DNA of 63,051 nucleotides, the filler included, from Asterionella formosa (taxonomy: Eukaryota), in NCBI GenBank assembly GCA_002256025.1. It is 8 parts of 8 records of this genome, joined end to end, with 100 filler letters (N's around TTAATTAATTAA, not from the genome) between each part and the next. Parts side by side here need not be neighbours in the genome. Positions count along the whole stretch, not along the records: positions 55,282 to 63,051 come from NKIB01012390.1; 7 more parts are not named here. The stretch is one strand, 5' to 3'. The notes beneath the pieces are model-generated. The model ran no database searches, was not told the origin of the DNA, and was given only the letters and a program-made list of their open reading frames with translations. The position numbers and the translations under genes were made by a program. Shown here piece by piece: positions 60,957-63,051 of this stretch; the first letter of the stretch is position 1, and every line of letters begins with the position of its first letter.

Positions 60957-63051
60957 GGTTCTTAACCTAGAAAGAGATGATTCCTATTTGTAATCCAAAG
61001 CTAGAAGACGGTTTGCTGAACCGGTTCATCAGTCGGCAAATCCGAGTCGTGTTCAGAGACAGATTCTGCAAATCTACATCGGTTTAATAAGAGTAACATT
61101 TTACTAAATGATTTGAGGAATATTACTTCCATCGAAAGTGGGCCTATCTCGTCTGGCAGGCATGGAACAAATCATTGGGAGTGTCAAAACCGAAAAGGTG
61201 CGCATAAAACGTGCGCTACCGGACCTTCCTGTGAGTCGACTTGAAGTCACAAAAGAATGCACCAGCTATGAAAACATGCATCGCAGTCATGCGGAACAAG
61301 GCCAACTACTGGTACACTTACAAAACAGGTAACATCTCTTTGCTGTATGTTCAAACAGACAAGTCAAATGTTTACCTCCGAAATCAGAGCAGGTATAACT
61401 CTCTGAGCCTACTCATATACATGAATCAATCTTTACTTATGCATGATTCACTGTTGTTGGGTTTGTTTTAAAGTCAATTCATGTATAACAGCTTGTTTTG
61501 TTTGGAAATACCAATAGAGTTTGACTTAACCTACCAATAGTCTTCTAAATTCACCACTGTGGTCCTATGGTCTACTGCCTAGTAGCCCCTCAGCTGCTGA
61601 GTTTTTCAACATACATATATACCATATAATTCAGTTTACTGTATCCTCCAAGCTTACTGGAACCCCCTCTCCCCTGTACATTTTCCTTGAGGTGGCACCA
61701 AAACCCAATAATTTTCTAGACAAAGACAGGTAACAGGCTAAAATACTGGTTTTTGTGGCGGAAATTGAGTGACACTACCATTACAAAGTACCAGTGATAT
61801 CAGTACTACCACTGCCAGTACATATAATATTTGTAATATCAGCAACATGATCCACAACAATCAATGGTTGCTGCGATGAGGAGTTGCTTGGAGTGAATGC
61901 TTCCAGCAAGGGCACTCATAAGAGGAACATGAATGCTGTGGGAAGGAAGTGATGGCTGATCATGGGATCCGGTTCAAACTGGCTGCTATTGATGATATTT
62001 CAGGCAAGGCGTTGGAGACCATAAAGGCTGTCTTCATCAGCCAACGATGGTGCAGAACTTTGCACTGTTAGGCTTCTGGGTGGGAAAGTTGCTGCACCGC
62101 CTTTGCAATTGAGCAAGTACATTGACTAGTTTGCCCAGGTGCTAGGACTGTATGATGATAATGATATTGCAATGATTAGAAGGAAGAGCAAGTGAAATGC
62201 TGGAATGGCTTCATTCCATTTGCTTGATGGAGGATATTCAAGGCCAAGAGTAGATTTCTTGTTACAATCTCAATAAAGCTAAAGAAATGAATTCTATACA
62301 TCTATTATAACATCTTATTTTTTGCTAAGTATAATAATGAAGACTAAACTTTTATAAATACAGAGCAGCAAAGAATACACCATTATTAAACCTACAAAGG
62401 TTTTGGGGTTCCTCTCTGGGAATAATTATGCAATCAGTGCTATAACAAAAATGCAGCACCAAATGAGCTAATAGTGAGTCTCCAGCTAAGTCACCAGCAT
62501 CATCCTCAATACATTACACCCAATGCAACAACACTAAGGTGGCGAAACAGGTGCCAGCAAATGTGAAGTTTCCACCCATCAATGCAAGTCACTACAATTA
62601 TGACAATGTTGTGATGGCAATGCAATAACAGCATACTTTTTTTCGAAGCAACACTTTCTCGCGCTAAAGCAACCACAGGAAAATATCAACAAGCTTCAGC
62701 AGCAATGAAAGCACCCAAAATGGAGTTCATAGAAGTGATGCTTTAGGTGTACCATGCTGCTTGTGGCAGAAGCAACATCTATGGCATACGCATGGCTGCC
62801 ATAGGTTCCTTGCATGCATGTTGTTGTTCAGGTAGTGGTGTGTGTATTTGAGCGGTACTTTCCCCATACATTTCTTTGATAAAATCTGGTTGACAATCTT
62901 TATTTGCAGGAACTTGTACAAAACCTTTGTCCCAACACACAGCAAGTCAGCATTCACTAACATGTTCTTGGCAAATAATACATTGTGTGCAGGTGCTAAC
63001 ACGGAAATGACCAATTTGGCAAAAGAATTGAATTGAAATCGAATTGGAGAG

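Noticed and set aside
1..63051. Fanzor/TnpB or other RNA-guided nuclease associated with the DNA transposons
   Set aside because: No RuvC motifs or CxxC...DRD pattern seen in any listed ORF.

Overview
AT-rich (~38-40% GC by eye), transposon-dominated eukaryotic DNA. The CoDi-type Copia gag, Ambal-like LINE and CryptonS point to a diatom or related stramenopile. The window is not one locus. It is eight ~7.8-kb contigs (7810, 7809, 7795, 7803, 7794, 7792, 7778, 7770 bp, roughly size-sorted) joined by identical 100-nt N-TTAATTAATTAA-N spacers, so no linkage can be inferred across gaps. Four plausible host genes are present: a SEL1-repeat protein fused to a 3-TM module (2531-4072), a large P/Q/Y/G low-complexity protein (27444-30182), an RNI-like LRR protein (50416-51585, minus) and a 2-TM/SHOCT-like protein (54171-54845). 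The rest is mostly decayed or nested TEs: DD39D mariner, PIF/Harbinger and Pangu-like elements, RNase H-bearing LINEs, Copia, a Gypsy interrupted by a CryptonS tyrosine-recombinase element, a solo LTR, and several TIR-bounded non-autonomous families with TTAA, TTA or TA target duplications. The most notable signals are: the palindrome TACCGGTA occurring at least 23 times (<1 expected), all outside the four host genes; the SEL1 plus RipA-like membrane fusion; and a co-varying internal hairpin in a 1144-bp TTAA element.
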